Positions 26,286-34,368 are shown, numbered from the stretch's first letter. The stretch is 64,000 bases of DNA from Chloroflexota bacterium (GCA_036506475.1 DASXRR010000450.1:913-64912), one strand, 5' to 3'. The notes: generated by a model from the sequence alone, not told the origin. Numbers and translations: made by a program.

Positions 26286-26290
26286 CGGCG

Positions 26291-27457
26291 ATGGCCAAGG
26301 GTCACGCGTGCATGCTTGCCTATGCCAACTACTTCAACGACGCGCGCATCAAAAACTACGTCGATGCACTGCTCAAATCGGGCTATGAAGTGGACGTCTT
26401 CGCGCTCGGCGAAGGCGCACCGGCGCAGCGGGGCTTGCGCGTTTTCTCACTCATGGACAAAGTCGCCAGCAGGCGTGCCTTGCCGTATCTGATTTCCCAG
26501 CTGGCCTTCTTCCTACGTGCCCTTGTGGCGGTCACCCGGTCACGACCTTACGACCTGGTGCACGTGCACAACATGCCCGACTTCATCGTGTACTGCGCAG
26601 TCTTTGCCAAGCTGCGCGGCGCGCACATCATGCTCGACATCCATGACACAATGCCCGAAGCATACGCGACGAAATTCGACCTCGACCTGAGTCATCCGCT
26701 CATCAAAGTGTTGCGGTTTGAAGAGCGGCTCAGTGCGATGTTCGCCGACGTGGTCATCACGACCAACGAGCTCCACCGCACCGCACTCATCGGGCACGGA
26801 ATTCCGGCCCACAAGATCGAGCTGATCATGAATGTCGGCAATCCGGCCATCTTCCAGCCGCGAACGCAGCGCCCCCACGCGCGCACGAGCCTGGTGCTCG
26901 GCTACCACGGCACGGTCGCCGAGCGTCTGGGTCTCGACCTTATCGTCGAAGCGGTCCGGCGAGCGCTACCAGCTTGTCCCGGCCTGCGCTTCGTCGTGCT
27001 TGGCGATGGCGAGTTCATGCCCGAGCTGCGTGCCCAGGTCAGCGCCGCCGGACTCGAGGACGTCGTTGCCTTGCGTGGTTGGCTGCCGGTCGAAGATCTG
27101 CCGCGCGCGCTCGACGAAGTTGACGTCGGTGTCGTCGGCAATCGTCGACGAACAGAGCTGCGTCAGAACTGGATGCTGCCTGTCAAGATGCTCGAGTACG
27201 CCGCCATGGAGATTCCGACCATCGCGCCGCGCTTGCGGGTCATCAATTACTACTTCGACGAACAATCGGCCCTGCTGTACGAGCCAGACGACGTGGCTGA
27301 TCTCGCGCGCGTGATTCAGGCGGTGTACGACGATCGCGGACTGCTCGATCGACTGCGCGCGGGCTTGCGCGAGTTCAACGCTCGGTACAATTGGCCGGGG
27401 ATGGAGGCGCGCTATCTCGGGCTGGCGGCAGGTTCGCGGCGGCTGCTGCGCGGGTGA
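26291..27457 (+). CDS. Family 4 (GT-B) glycosyltransferase
   Basis: Contains 'MLAYANYFNDARIKNYVDALLKSGYEVDVF', 'LGYHGTVAERLGLDL' and 'LPVKMLEYAAMEIPTIAPRL'. The ATG at 26291 is 6 nt after the upstream stop. Confidence 0.8.
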   Translation: MAKGHACMLAYANYFNDARIKNYVDALLKSGYEVDVFALGEGAPAQRGLRVFSLMDKVASRRALPYLISQLAFFLRALVAVTRSRPYDLVHVHNMPDFIVYCAVFAKLRGAHIMLDIHDTMPEAYATKFDLDLSHPLIKVLRFEERLSAMFADVVITTNELHRTALIGHGIPAHKIELIMNVGNPAIFQPRTQRPHARTSLVLGYHGTVAERLGLDLIVEAVRRALPACPGLRFVVLGDGEFMPELRAQVSAAGLEDVVALRGWLPVEDLPRALDEVDVGVVGNRRRTELRQNWMLPVKMLEYAAMEIPTIAPRLRVINYYFDEQSALLYEPDDVADLARVIQAVYDDRGLLDRLRAGLREFNARYNWPGMEARYLGLAAGSRRLLRG

Positions 27458-28491
27458 ACCTGACCCTGCGCGAGGTCGACGTTGACGATCCGAGCTGGAC
27501 ACGGTTGGTCGACAGTCACCCCGCGGCTACGCCATTCCATTGCCCAGCCTGGACCAGGCTTGTCGCCGACTGCTACGGCTTCGCGGCATCGGCGCTGGTC
27601 TTGACTGACGCCTCGGGCCAGACCGTAGCCGGACTGCCCATGGTCAGGGTGCGCGCGCCCTTGCGCGGTGAACGCGCCATCTGCCTGCCCTTCACCGACA
27701 ATTGTGGTCCGCTGTGCACCTCGGCCGAGTTGATGGCGCCGCTCGCCAGAGCGGCAGCTTCCTGGCACGACGGCTTGCCTATGGCGGTCCGCGCGCCGCT
27801 GCCGGAAGTCTCGGGCTGGCACCAGCGCGAGGTGGCGGTCCTGCACACGCTGGCGCTGGCCGCCGATCCACAGACGGTCTTTCGGACGTTCAAGCGGACG
27901 CAAGTCCAGCAGCCGATCGGGCGCGCCGAACGCCAGGGTGTCATCGTTCGACGCGCCGAGAGCTTTGCGGATGTGCGCCTGTACTACGAGCTGCACACGC
28001 AGACCCGCCGACGCTTGGGCACGCCCGTGCAGCCGCTGCGCTTCTTTCGGCTGCTCTGGGAGCGCGTCCTGTCGACTGGGCTCGGCTTTGCGCAGCTCGC
28101 ATTCCACGACGGGCGAGCGGTCGCGGGCGCGGTGTTCCTGGCCTGGAACGGGACGGTCGTTTACAAGTACAGCGCATCCGACTCGGCGTTCTGGCGCCTA
28201 CGGCCCAACAATCTCGTGCTGTGGTCGGCGATTCGGTGGGGATGCACGAACGGGTTCCGCGTGTTCGATTTCGGTCGGACGGACCTCGACAATCCTGGCT
28301 TGCGTGACTTCAAAGATGGCTGGGGCACGCGCGAGGAGCCGCTGGTGTACTCGACGCTCGGCGTGCAGGCCGGCGCAGCGCGACCCGCGCTACCGAGCCA
28401 GGCGTCGCACATTGTGAGCGCGTTCATTCGTCGATCTCCACCGTGGGTGTGCCGCACGTTGGGCGAGCTGCTGTATCGCTACGCCGCTTGA
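27454..28491 (+). CDS. FemAB-like / GNAT-fold (BioF2-like) acyl- or aminoacyl-transferase
   Basis: GTGA overlap with the upstream gene. Contains 'FHCPAWTRLVADCYGF', 'RLYYELHTQTRRRLGTPVQP', 'AVFLAWNGTVVYKYSASD', 'RPNNLVLWSAIRWGC.NGFRVFDFGRTD' and 'GLRDFKDGWG', typical of the FemAB-related proteins of EPS loci. Confidence 0.7.
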   Translation: MNLTLREVDVDDPSWTRLVDSHPAATPFHCPAWTRLVADCYGFAASALVLTDASGQTVAGLPMVRVRAPLRGERAICLPFTDNCGPLCTSAELMAPLARAAASWHDGLPMAVRAPLPEVSGWHQREVAVLHTLALAADPQTVFRTFKRTQVQQPIGRAERQGVIVRRAESFADVRLYYELHTQTRRRLGTPVQPLRFFRLLWERVLSTGLGFAQLAFHDGRAVAGAVFLAWNGTVVYKYSASDSAFWRLRPNNLVLWSAIRWGCTNGFRVFDFGRTDLDNPGLRDFKDGWGTREEPLVYSTLGVQAGAARPALPSQASHIVSAFIRRSPPWVCRTLGELLYRYAA

Positions 28492-28495
28492 GTCA

Positions 28496-29953
28496 GTGTC
28501 GATGAGCAGCGCCGAAGTCTGGTCGATTGTCCGCCGGTGGCTGTGGCTGGACGTCCTGGCTGTGCTGCTCGGCGTGGCCGGGGCGGTCGTGATCACCACG
28601 CAGCTGGCACCGGTGTACACGGCCTCGACCAAGCTGCTGGTCACGTCCACCGACACTGTGCTGACCCCGAGTCAGGTGCTGACGACCTATGCTGCAGTCC
28701 TCCAGTCGCGGCCGGTGGTTGAGGCGGCCCTCACCGATCTCGGGCTGTCGCTGGCGTACGAGAGCGTCTCGCAGGACATCGACGCTGCCCCGCTGCGCGG
28801 CGCGCAGATGATTGTCCTGACCGTCCGGGCGCGTGATCCGGAGACCGCGGCCAGGCTCGCGAACCAGCTCGCCGTCACTGCTGTGCGACAGGCGCGCGCG
28901 GCCCAGGCTGCGCAGTCCGCCGCGCGTCGGGCGCAGCTCAACGAGGCGGCCAATCAGCTTGGCACTGAAGTCGCCAATCGTGCTCGGCAGTTGGACCAGC
29001 TACGCAGTCAGCCGTCCGGCGCGGTCAGCGATGCGGATCAGGCCGCGAGCCAGGCCGCGCTCGCGGACGCCGAGCAGCGCTACGCAGCTGCCGTGCGCAG
29101 TGTGAGCGAGCAGGATCTTGCTGCTACCCGCAACGGCGATCCACTGAGCACAGTTGAGCCGGCCGTGACGCCGCTCACGGCCAGCTCCCCCCGTTTGGCG
29201 CTGAATGTCGCACTGGGTGCGCTGCTTGGACTGGCGCTGGGTGCGGCAATTGCGATGGTTGCCGAGCTGCGGCGCGATCGGATCGCGCTGCCGGACACGG
29301 TTCGACGCCGGCTGGGCCTGCCCGTGTGGGGCCACGTGCCCCGCGTGCGTCGTCTGGCGGCGGGCGCATTCGCCGAAAATTCGCCAGCCGTCGAGGCGTT
29401 TCGCCGCCTACGCACGGCGGTCCGCATGGCAATTGACCGACGCCCGTCAACCGTGCTCGTCGTCGGGACGCATGCCGGCGCTGGCGCCTCGACCATCGCG
29501 CTAGGGCTGGCGACTGCCTGGGCTCGGGCGGGCGAGCAGGTCGTGCTCGTTACAGCCGCCCCCAACTCTGTCGCAGGTGAGCCGACGCTCGAGGATGTTC
29601 CCAGCGCCCTGCAGCCCACACCTGTGGACGGCCTGCGCGTGCTCGCAGCGGATGTGACCGTAGCGCACCGCTTTTTGCGCGTGTTGAGCGTGTTGCATGG
29701 GCTCGCCGACCGCGTCGTCGTCGACGCCGCGTCGCAAAGCCTGGTGCCTCACGCTGACGCCGTCGTCCTCGTTATCGACGCCCAGGCAACCCGTGGCCGC
29801 GACGCCCTACATGCTGCGCGCACGCTGCTTTCCGCTGGCGCGCGCGTACTGGGCACCGTCCTCAACCAGATCCCTGGCACAGGGTCACCCCAGAGAGGGG
29901 CGCTTAGCCCAGCGCAGCCTGGCGCCGTCCTGGCCCCTGACCCCCGCCCCTGA
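28496..29953 (+). CDS. Wzz-type chain-length-determinant domain fused to a degenerate BY-kinase-like P-loop domain (co-polymerase 2)
   Basis: N-terminal TM plus 'VYTASTKLLVTS', a coiled region and a second TM. The C-terminal P-loop fold has Walker A 'GTHAGAGAST' (Lys replaced by Ala) and 'VVLVTAAP' in place of the DxD Walker A' motif. There is no C-terminal Tyr cluster. Confidence 0.7.
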   Translation: MSMSSAEVWSIVRRWLWLDVLAVLLGVAGAVVITTQLAPVYTASTKLLVTSTDTVLTPSQVLTTYAAVLQSRPVVEAALTDLGLSLAYESVSQDIDAAPLRGAQMIVLTVRARDPETAARLANQLAVTAVRQARAAQAAQSAARRAQLNEAANQLGTEVANRARQLDQLRSQPSGAVSDADQAASQAALADAEQRYAAAVRSVSEQDLAATRNGDPLSTVEPAVTPLTASSPRLALNVALGALLGLALGAAIAMVAELRRDRIALPDTVRRRLGLPVWGHVPRVRRLAAGAFAENSPAVEAFRRLRTAVRMAIDRRPSTVLVVGTHAGAGASTIALGLATAWARAGEQVVLVTAAPNSVAGEPTLEDVPSALQPTPVDGLRVLAADVTVAHRFLRVLSVLHGLADRVVVDAASQSLVPHADAVVLVIDAQATRGRDALHAARTLLSAGARVLGTVLNQIPGTGSPQRGALSPAQPGAVLAPDPRP

Positions 29954-29993
29954 TCCCCGATCGCTGACGGCCTAACGGTCGTTCCTCGTCCAC

Positions 29994-30010
29994 CCCTCTG
30001 GAAGAGAAAA
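29994..30010. repeat. 17-mer CCCTCTGGAAGAGAAAA, copy 1 (the second copy at 34369-34385 differs at one base)
   Basis: Read directly from the sequence. It lies in the short convergent spacer between co-polymerase 2 and the sugar transferase and is conspicuously purine/A-rich for this genome. Confidence 0.6.
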
Positions 30011-30011
30011 G

Positions 30012-30743
30012 CTAACGGGCGCCGTCGCCAGCGAGCATGGCCAGCGGCGTGCGGATGATGATCAGCACATCCAGCCACAACGACCAGCGATCGATGTACT
30101 CCAGGTCGAGCTCGATCATCTCTTCAAATGTGAGCCGCGAGCGACCGCTGACTTGCCACAACCCGGTCAGCCCGGGCGTAACAGCCAGGCGCTGCCACTC
30201 CAGTGGCCCGTACAGCTCGGCTTCATAGGGCAGCGGCGGCCGCGGCCCAACGATGCTCATGTGCCCCAGCAAGACGTTGATCAGCTGTGGGAACTCGTCG
30301 ATGCTGTAGCGACGCAGAAAGGCGCCCAGCGGCGTCACCCGTGGATCGTCGGCCAGTTTGAACGCGCCGCGGACGGGCTGCGCCTGGCCGCGGATCAGCG
30401 CGTGTGTGTACGCGCGGTGATCGGCCGGATCGTTCCCGTCGACCATGGTGCGGAACTTGTAGAACCAGAACTCCTGGCCACCACGGCCCAGCCGCCGCTG
30501 TTTGAACAGGATCGGACCGGACGACGACAACCCGACGAGCATCGCGACGACGCCCAGCACGGGCAGTAGCGCGGCAAGCAGCAACAGCGCCATCACCACG
30601 TCGAGCAGCCGCTTGACGGCGGACTGGTACAGGTGCCAGTGATCGGTCGCGACGAGGGCACCGAATCGCGTGATGTCGTCTTCTGGCCCAGAGAGCCGTC
30701 CCGACGCGCTAAGCTCCTCCACCGCTGTGCCTCCGTACAACAA
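30012..30743 (-). CDS. Polyprenyl-phosphate sugar-1-phosphate transferase (bacterial sugar transferase family, WbaP/EpsL-like priming enzyme)
   Basis: One N-terminal TM helix, then 'GPILFKQRRLGRGGQEFWFYKFRTM', 'DEFPQLINVLLGHMSIVGPRP' and 'PGLTGLWQVSGRS'. Confidence 0.9.
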   Translation of the reverse strand: MLYGGTAVEELSASGRLSGPEDDITRFGALVATDHWHLYQSAVKRLLDVVMALLLLAALLPVLGVVAMLVGLSSSGPILFKQRRLGRGGQEFWFYKFRTMVDGNDPADHRAYTHALIRGQAQPVRGAFKLADDPRVTPLGAFLRRYSIDEFPQLINVLLGHMSIVGPRPPLPYEAELYGPLEWQRLAVTPGLTGLWQVSGRSRLTFEEMIELDLEYIDRWSLWLDVLIIIRTPLAMLAGDGAR

Positions 30744-30995
30744 GTGTGGTCGGCACGCCAGAGAGGCTGCGGGCTCGACTGCGGGAAGGGTAGCGCCGGC
30801 CGATCAGGAGATCGCCTGAGCGGTCATTGCGGCGCGGTTGCAGAGTGGTTGACCCGTCTGCCGGACTAATTTCGTGTACGCCCATCCCTAGCTGCGTCCA
30901 CGGTTCGCCTCCACATCACACAATCGGATCCACTGTGCGGGCTGGTTCCGATAATTCCAGGGTATCGAGTCGAAGTCCGGTGCGCGAGGTCCAGC

Positions 30996-32534
30996 TTACG
31001 GCAGGTCAACCAAAGTTGGCTGGAAGCGAGGCGCTCGACGCACGGGGTCGGTCTGTTCGAACGCGTAGGCCAGGCGAATCAGCGCCGGTTCGCTCCACGG
31101 CGCGCCCATGAACGTCAGACCGATGGGCAGGCACTCGAATGCATAGCCGGCCGGAACTGTGATAACCGGGAAGCCGGCGATGGCGGCAACCATCGCGCTG
31201 CCGCCCAGGGAACGATCGCCATCGATCACGTCGATGACCCACGGTGGCGGATTGGTCGGTGCCACGAGTGCGTCAAAGCGTTGCTCGTCGAGAAAGGCCG
31301 CGAATGCGCGTGCGAATGTCTGGTTGTGTTCGAGGGCGCGCTGATACAGGTCATCCGTAAGCGCACCGCGCTCGGCACACGCGAGCAGGCGCTCCTGGCG
31401 GAAATACGGCATTTCCTCGACGGCGTGGTCATCGTTGAAGCGGATCAGATCGTGAATGTTCTTGATGCACGAGTCGGGCCGCGTCGCCAGGTAGGCCTCG
31501 AGATCCGCCTTGAATTCGTATTGCAGAACGAGCCCTTCGGACGTGATGTCGTCGCCGTCTTGGAATGGCTTGCGCAGCCGCGCCTGGCCAGGAATCTCGA
31601 TATCGTCGATCAGCTCGGCGCCGGCAGCACGCAAACGCGCCAGCGCCGCTTCGAATACGCCATCGGCATGCTCGCTGTAGCCGGTGTGAAACTTGCGCGC
31701 GACGCCGATCCGCGCCCCGTGGAGGCCATTCTTGTCCAGGCTGCGCGTGTAGTCCTGCACACCAGGGGCGCTGGCGGTCGCCGTATCACGCGCGTCAGCG
31801 CCGCCGGCGATCGCGCTCAGGACAGCGGCCACGTCCGCCACGGTGCGGCCGTGCGGACCAGCGCTGTCCTGAGTATGCGAGATTGGGATGATGCCTGCGC
31901 GCGAGGTCAGGCCGACCGTTGGCTTGAGGCCGACGACGCTATTGTTCGACGACGGGCTCATGATCGAGCCGTCGGTCTCGGTGCCGATCGCGGCGGCGGC
32001 CAGATTGGCCGATACGGCGACGCCCGAGCCCGAGCTTGATCCGCCCGGGTTGCGATCGAGCACATACGGATTGCGCGTCTGCCGCCCGCGGCCACTCCAG
32101 CCACTCGACGAGCGCGTCGAGCGGAAGTTGGCCCACTCGCTCAGGTTCGCCTTACCCAGGATTACCGCGCCTGCTTCGCGCAACCTGCGGGCGATCGTCG
32201 CGTCCTGGGTGACCTGGCTGCCATGCAGCGCGAGTGATCCGGCCGTCGTCGCCATACGATCTGCGGTGTCGATGTTGTCTTTGAGCAGCATCGGGATGCC
32301 ATGCAGCGGCCCGCGCGGCCCGCGCTCGGTGCGCTCGCGATCCAGCGCATCGGCGATGGCCAGCGCCTCGGGATTGGTTTCCAGGACGCTGCGCAGCAGG
32401 GGACCGCTGCGATCGATCGCCTCGATGCGCTCGAGATAGGCCTCGACGAGCGCGCGCGACGTGATCTGGCCGCTGGCCTGCTGTTCCTGGAGCTCCGCGA
32501 TCGTGCGTTCTTCGAGCTCTTCGTGCGGGCTCAC
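30996..32534 (-). CDS. Amidase-signature (AS) family amidase
   Basis: Contains 'LHGIPMLLKDNIDT', 'GGSSSGSGVAV' and 'GTETDGSIMSPS'. The GTG at 32534 forms a GTGA overlap with the upstream gene's stop. The long 5' ORF extension to 33284 overlaps that gene and looks off-frame (Arg-rich). Confidence 0.85.
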   Translation of the reverse strand: MSPHEELEERTIAELQEQQASGQITSRALVEAYLERIEAIDRSGPLLRSVLETNPEALAIADALDRERTERGPRGPLHGIPMLLKDNIDTADRMATTAGSLALHGSQVTQDATIARRLREAGAVILGKANLSEWANFRSTRSSSGWSGRGRQTRNPYVLDRNPGGSSSGSGVAVSANLAAAAIGTETDGSIMSPSSNNSVVGLKPTVGLTSRAGIIPISHTQDSAGPHGRTVADVAAVLSAIAGGADARDTATASAPGVQDYTRSLDKNGLHGARIGVARKFHTGYSEHADGVFEAALARLRAAGAELIDDIEIPGQARLRKPFQDGDDITSEGLVLQYEFKADLEAYLATRPDSCIKNIHDLIRFNDDHAVEEMPYFRQERLLACAERGALTDDLYQRALEHNQTFARAFAAFLDEQRFDALVAPTNPPPWVIDVIDGDRSLGGSAMVAAIAGFPVITVPAGYAFECLPIGLTFMGAPWSEPALIRLAYAFEQTDPVRRAPRFQPTLVDLP

Positions 32535-33028
32535 CGGGCCGGACTGCCGACGGCGTTCAGCTTGGCCAGGTCGCCGGGCGTCCAGAACACGTCCAGGTCG
32601 CCAACTGTGGTCGACAGCCAGTCGAAGCTCGCGGCCCGCTCGGGTGACAGCACGGCGCGTAGCAACGCGATCTCCTTGCCGCGCTCGTACTTGCCTACAA
32701 CACGGTACGTACCGAGCACCGTCGCCGATCGAATCGTCGGCGCGTCTTCCGAGGCGTAGATCGCCTGCAAGATGGCCAGCACGTCGGTCTGGGCGACCTG
32801 CTCGACATGTGCTGGATTGTCGTCGCCTGGCCGCTGCATGGCGAAGATGACCGTCAGGTCGCCGTTGTCGAGGGTGACGCGCGGCAGGCGCGCAATATCG
32901 CGACCGGCGTCCATGTCGATCGCCGCCTCGATCGCCTGGCGCACCCCTGGTGCGTCGACATCTTGCGCGTGGGCGAGCGACGGCAGACCGACAAGGGCAA
33001 GCGCCACGAGCACAACGAGCCGCACCAT
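32531..33028 (-). CDS. Small secreted protein of unknown function (signal peptide)
   Basis: ATG at 33028 gives 'MVRLVVLVALALVGLPSLAHA|QD...'. The rest has a normal composition and is translationally coupled to the amidase. No family was recognised. Confidence 0.5.
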   Translation of the reverse strand: MVRLVVLVALALVGLPSLAHAQDVDAPGVRQAIEAAIDMDAGRDIARLPRVTLDNGDLTVIFAMQRPGDDNPAHVEQVAQTDVLAILQAIYASEDAPTIRSATVLGTYRVVGKYERGKEIALLRAVLSPERAASFDWLSTTVGDLDVFWTPGDLAKLNAVGSPAR

Positions 33029-33107
33029 GAGCCGGAGCCCTCCGTGAGTGCGGCCCAGCATACCAGTAAGATCGAGCCGAAACGACTCTCCCGAGGAGCA
33101 CACAGCA

Positions 33108-33554
33108 ATGGCAGCGGTTCGACGCGCGCAGGCGACGTGGACGGGCGATCTGGCCTCCGGTAAGGGCGTAGTGAGCGCCGCGAGCAGCGGCGTCTTCAAG
33201 GATTTCGCCGTGAGTTGGGCGCGGCGGTCGGAAGCCGACGCCAATGGCGTGACCAGCCCTGAAGAGCTGTTGGCCGCGGCGCACGCCGCGTGTTTTGCCA
33301 TGGCGCTCTCAGCCGGGCTGGCCCGGGCGGGTGCACCGCCCGAGGAGCTCAACGTGACCGCCAACGTCACCTTCGATCGCGTGGGCGACGGATTCAAGGT
33401 GGTGTCGAGTGCGCTCGAAGTGCATGGTCACGTGCATGGCATGAACGCTGAAGACTTCGTCAAGGCGGCTGAAGCGGCTAAGGACGGCTGTCCGATTTCG
33501 AGCGCGCTGAAGGGCAACGTCGAGCTCAGCGTCAAGGCTACGCACGAAAGTTGA
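33108..33554 (+). CDS. osmC: OsmC-family peroxiredoxin
   Basis: GAGGAG lies upstream of ATG 33108. Contains 'ATWTGDL.SGKG', 'TSPEELLAAAHAACFAMAL' and 'GCPIS.AL', with both conserved Cys present. Confidence 0.85.
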   Translation: MAAVRRAQATWTGDLASGKGVVSAASSGVFKDFAVSWARRSEADANGVTSPEELLAAAHAACFAMALSAGLARAGAPPEELNVTANVTFDRVGDGFKVVSSALEVHGHVHGMNAEDFVKAAEAAKDGCPISSALKGNVELSVKATHES

Positions 33555-34315
33555 GTGCGCGCGAGCTCGAGGGCAAGCTCGCGCTGGTCACCGGCGGCGG
33601 GCGCGGCATCGGTCGCGCCATCGCCCTCCAACTGGCCCAACAAGGCGCTGACCTCCTCGTCAATTATGTCCGTCATCCCGACAACGCCGAGGAAACAGCG
33701 GCCGCCGCTCGATTGCTCGGCGTGCAAGCCGAAACCATCCGAGCCAATGTTGCCGACGAGGCCAACATTGCAGATCTGTTTGCCGTCATTGCGGAACGCT
33801 TCGGCTACCTTGACGTGCTGGTCAATAACTCAGCATCAGGCGTGAACCGCGCCGCCATAGACCTGACCGCCAAGCACTGGGATTGGACCATCAACGTCAA
33901 CGCTCGCGGTGCCTGGCTGTGCGCCAAGGCCGCCCTGCCGCTCATGCAGCAGCGCGGCGGCGGCGCTATCGTCAGCGTCTCGTCGCTCGGTGCACGGCGC
34001 GTCATGCAGGACTATTTCCTGGTCGGCGTCTCCAAAGCGGCGCTCGAGGCCGTCACGCGCTATCTGGCGGTCGAATTCGCGCCCCATAACATCGTCGTCA
34101 ACGCAGTCTCTGGAGGGCTAGTTCAAACCGACGCCCTGAAGAGTTTCGCCTGGGGCGCGGAGGTCATCGCCAGCAACGTAGCGCGCACCCCCGCTGGCCG
34201 CATGGTCGAACCAGACGACATTGCTCGCGTTGTCGCCTTCCTGTGCACGCCCGAGGCCGCCATGATCCGCGGCCAAACCGTCATCGTCGACGGAGGCTTT
34301 TCGCTGCTGGCCTAG
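33551..34315 (+). CDS. Short-chain dehydrogenase/reductase (FabG/FabL-like)
   Basis: Contains 'LVTGGGRGIGRAIA', 'NNSASG', a 'Y..SKAAL' catalytic motif and 'GQTVIVDGGFS'. The TTG start overlaps the osmC stop. Confidence 0.85.
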   Translation: MSARELEGKLALVTGGGRGIGRAIALQLAQQGADLLVNYVRHPDNAEETAAAARLLGVQAETIRANVADEANIADLFAVIAERFGYLDVLVNNSASGVNRAAIDLTAKHWDWTINVNARGAWLCAKAALPLMQQRGGGAIVSVSSLGARRVMQDYFLVGVSKAALEAVTRYLAVEFAPHNIVVNAVSGGLVQTDALKSFAWGAEVIASNVARTPAGRMVEPDDIARVVAFLCTPEAAMIRGQTVIVDGGFSLLA

Positions 34316-34368
34316 AGGGCGGTCGTCTGCCATCGACCATCGGCCAGTCAGCCCGTTTCCTGCCCATT

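Noticed and set aside
25928-26290. Long upstream extensions of many plus-strand ORFs in the six-frame track. Examples are 25928-26290, 1586-1852, 15225-15542, 16588-16704, 19726-19920, 35691-35864, 40672-40914, 45883-46071 and 60939-61319.
   Set aside because: Each extension overlaps the well-supported upstream gene and has an off-frame composition. Family homology starts at an internal ATG/GTG located at or next to the upstream stop, so starts were moved accordingly.
30744-30995. The lower-GC 252-nt leader upstream of the priming sugar transferase was inspected for an ops/JUMPstart-like element (GGCGGTAG) or promoter.
   Set aside because: The ops octamer is not present on either strand. No convincing -35/-10 pair could be assigned without knowing this lineage's promoter consensus.
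32535-33284. A 5' extension of the amidase ORF that would give a 762-aa protein.
   Set aside because: The extension is extremely Arg/Ala/Gly-rich. It overlaps the better-supported signal-peptide ORF in another frame. The amidase homology only begins after the GTG at 32534, which forms a GTGA overlap with that ORF's stop.
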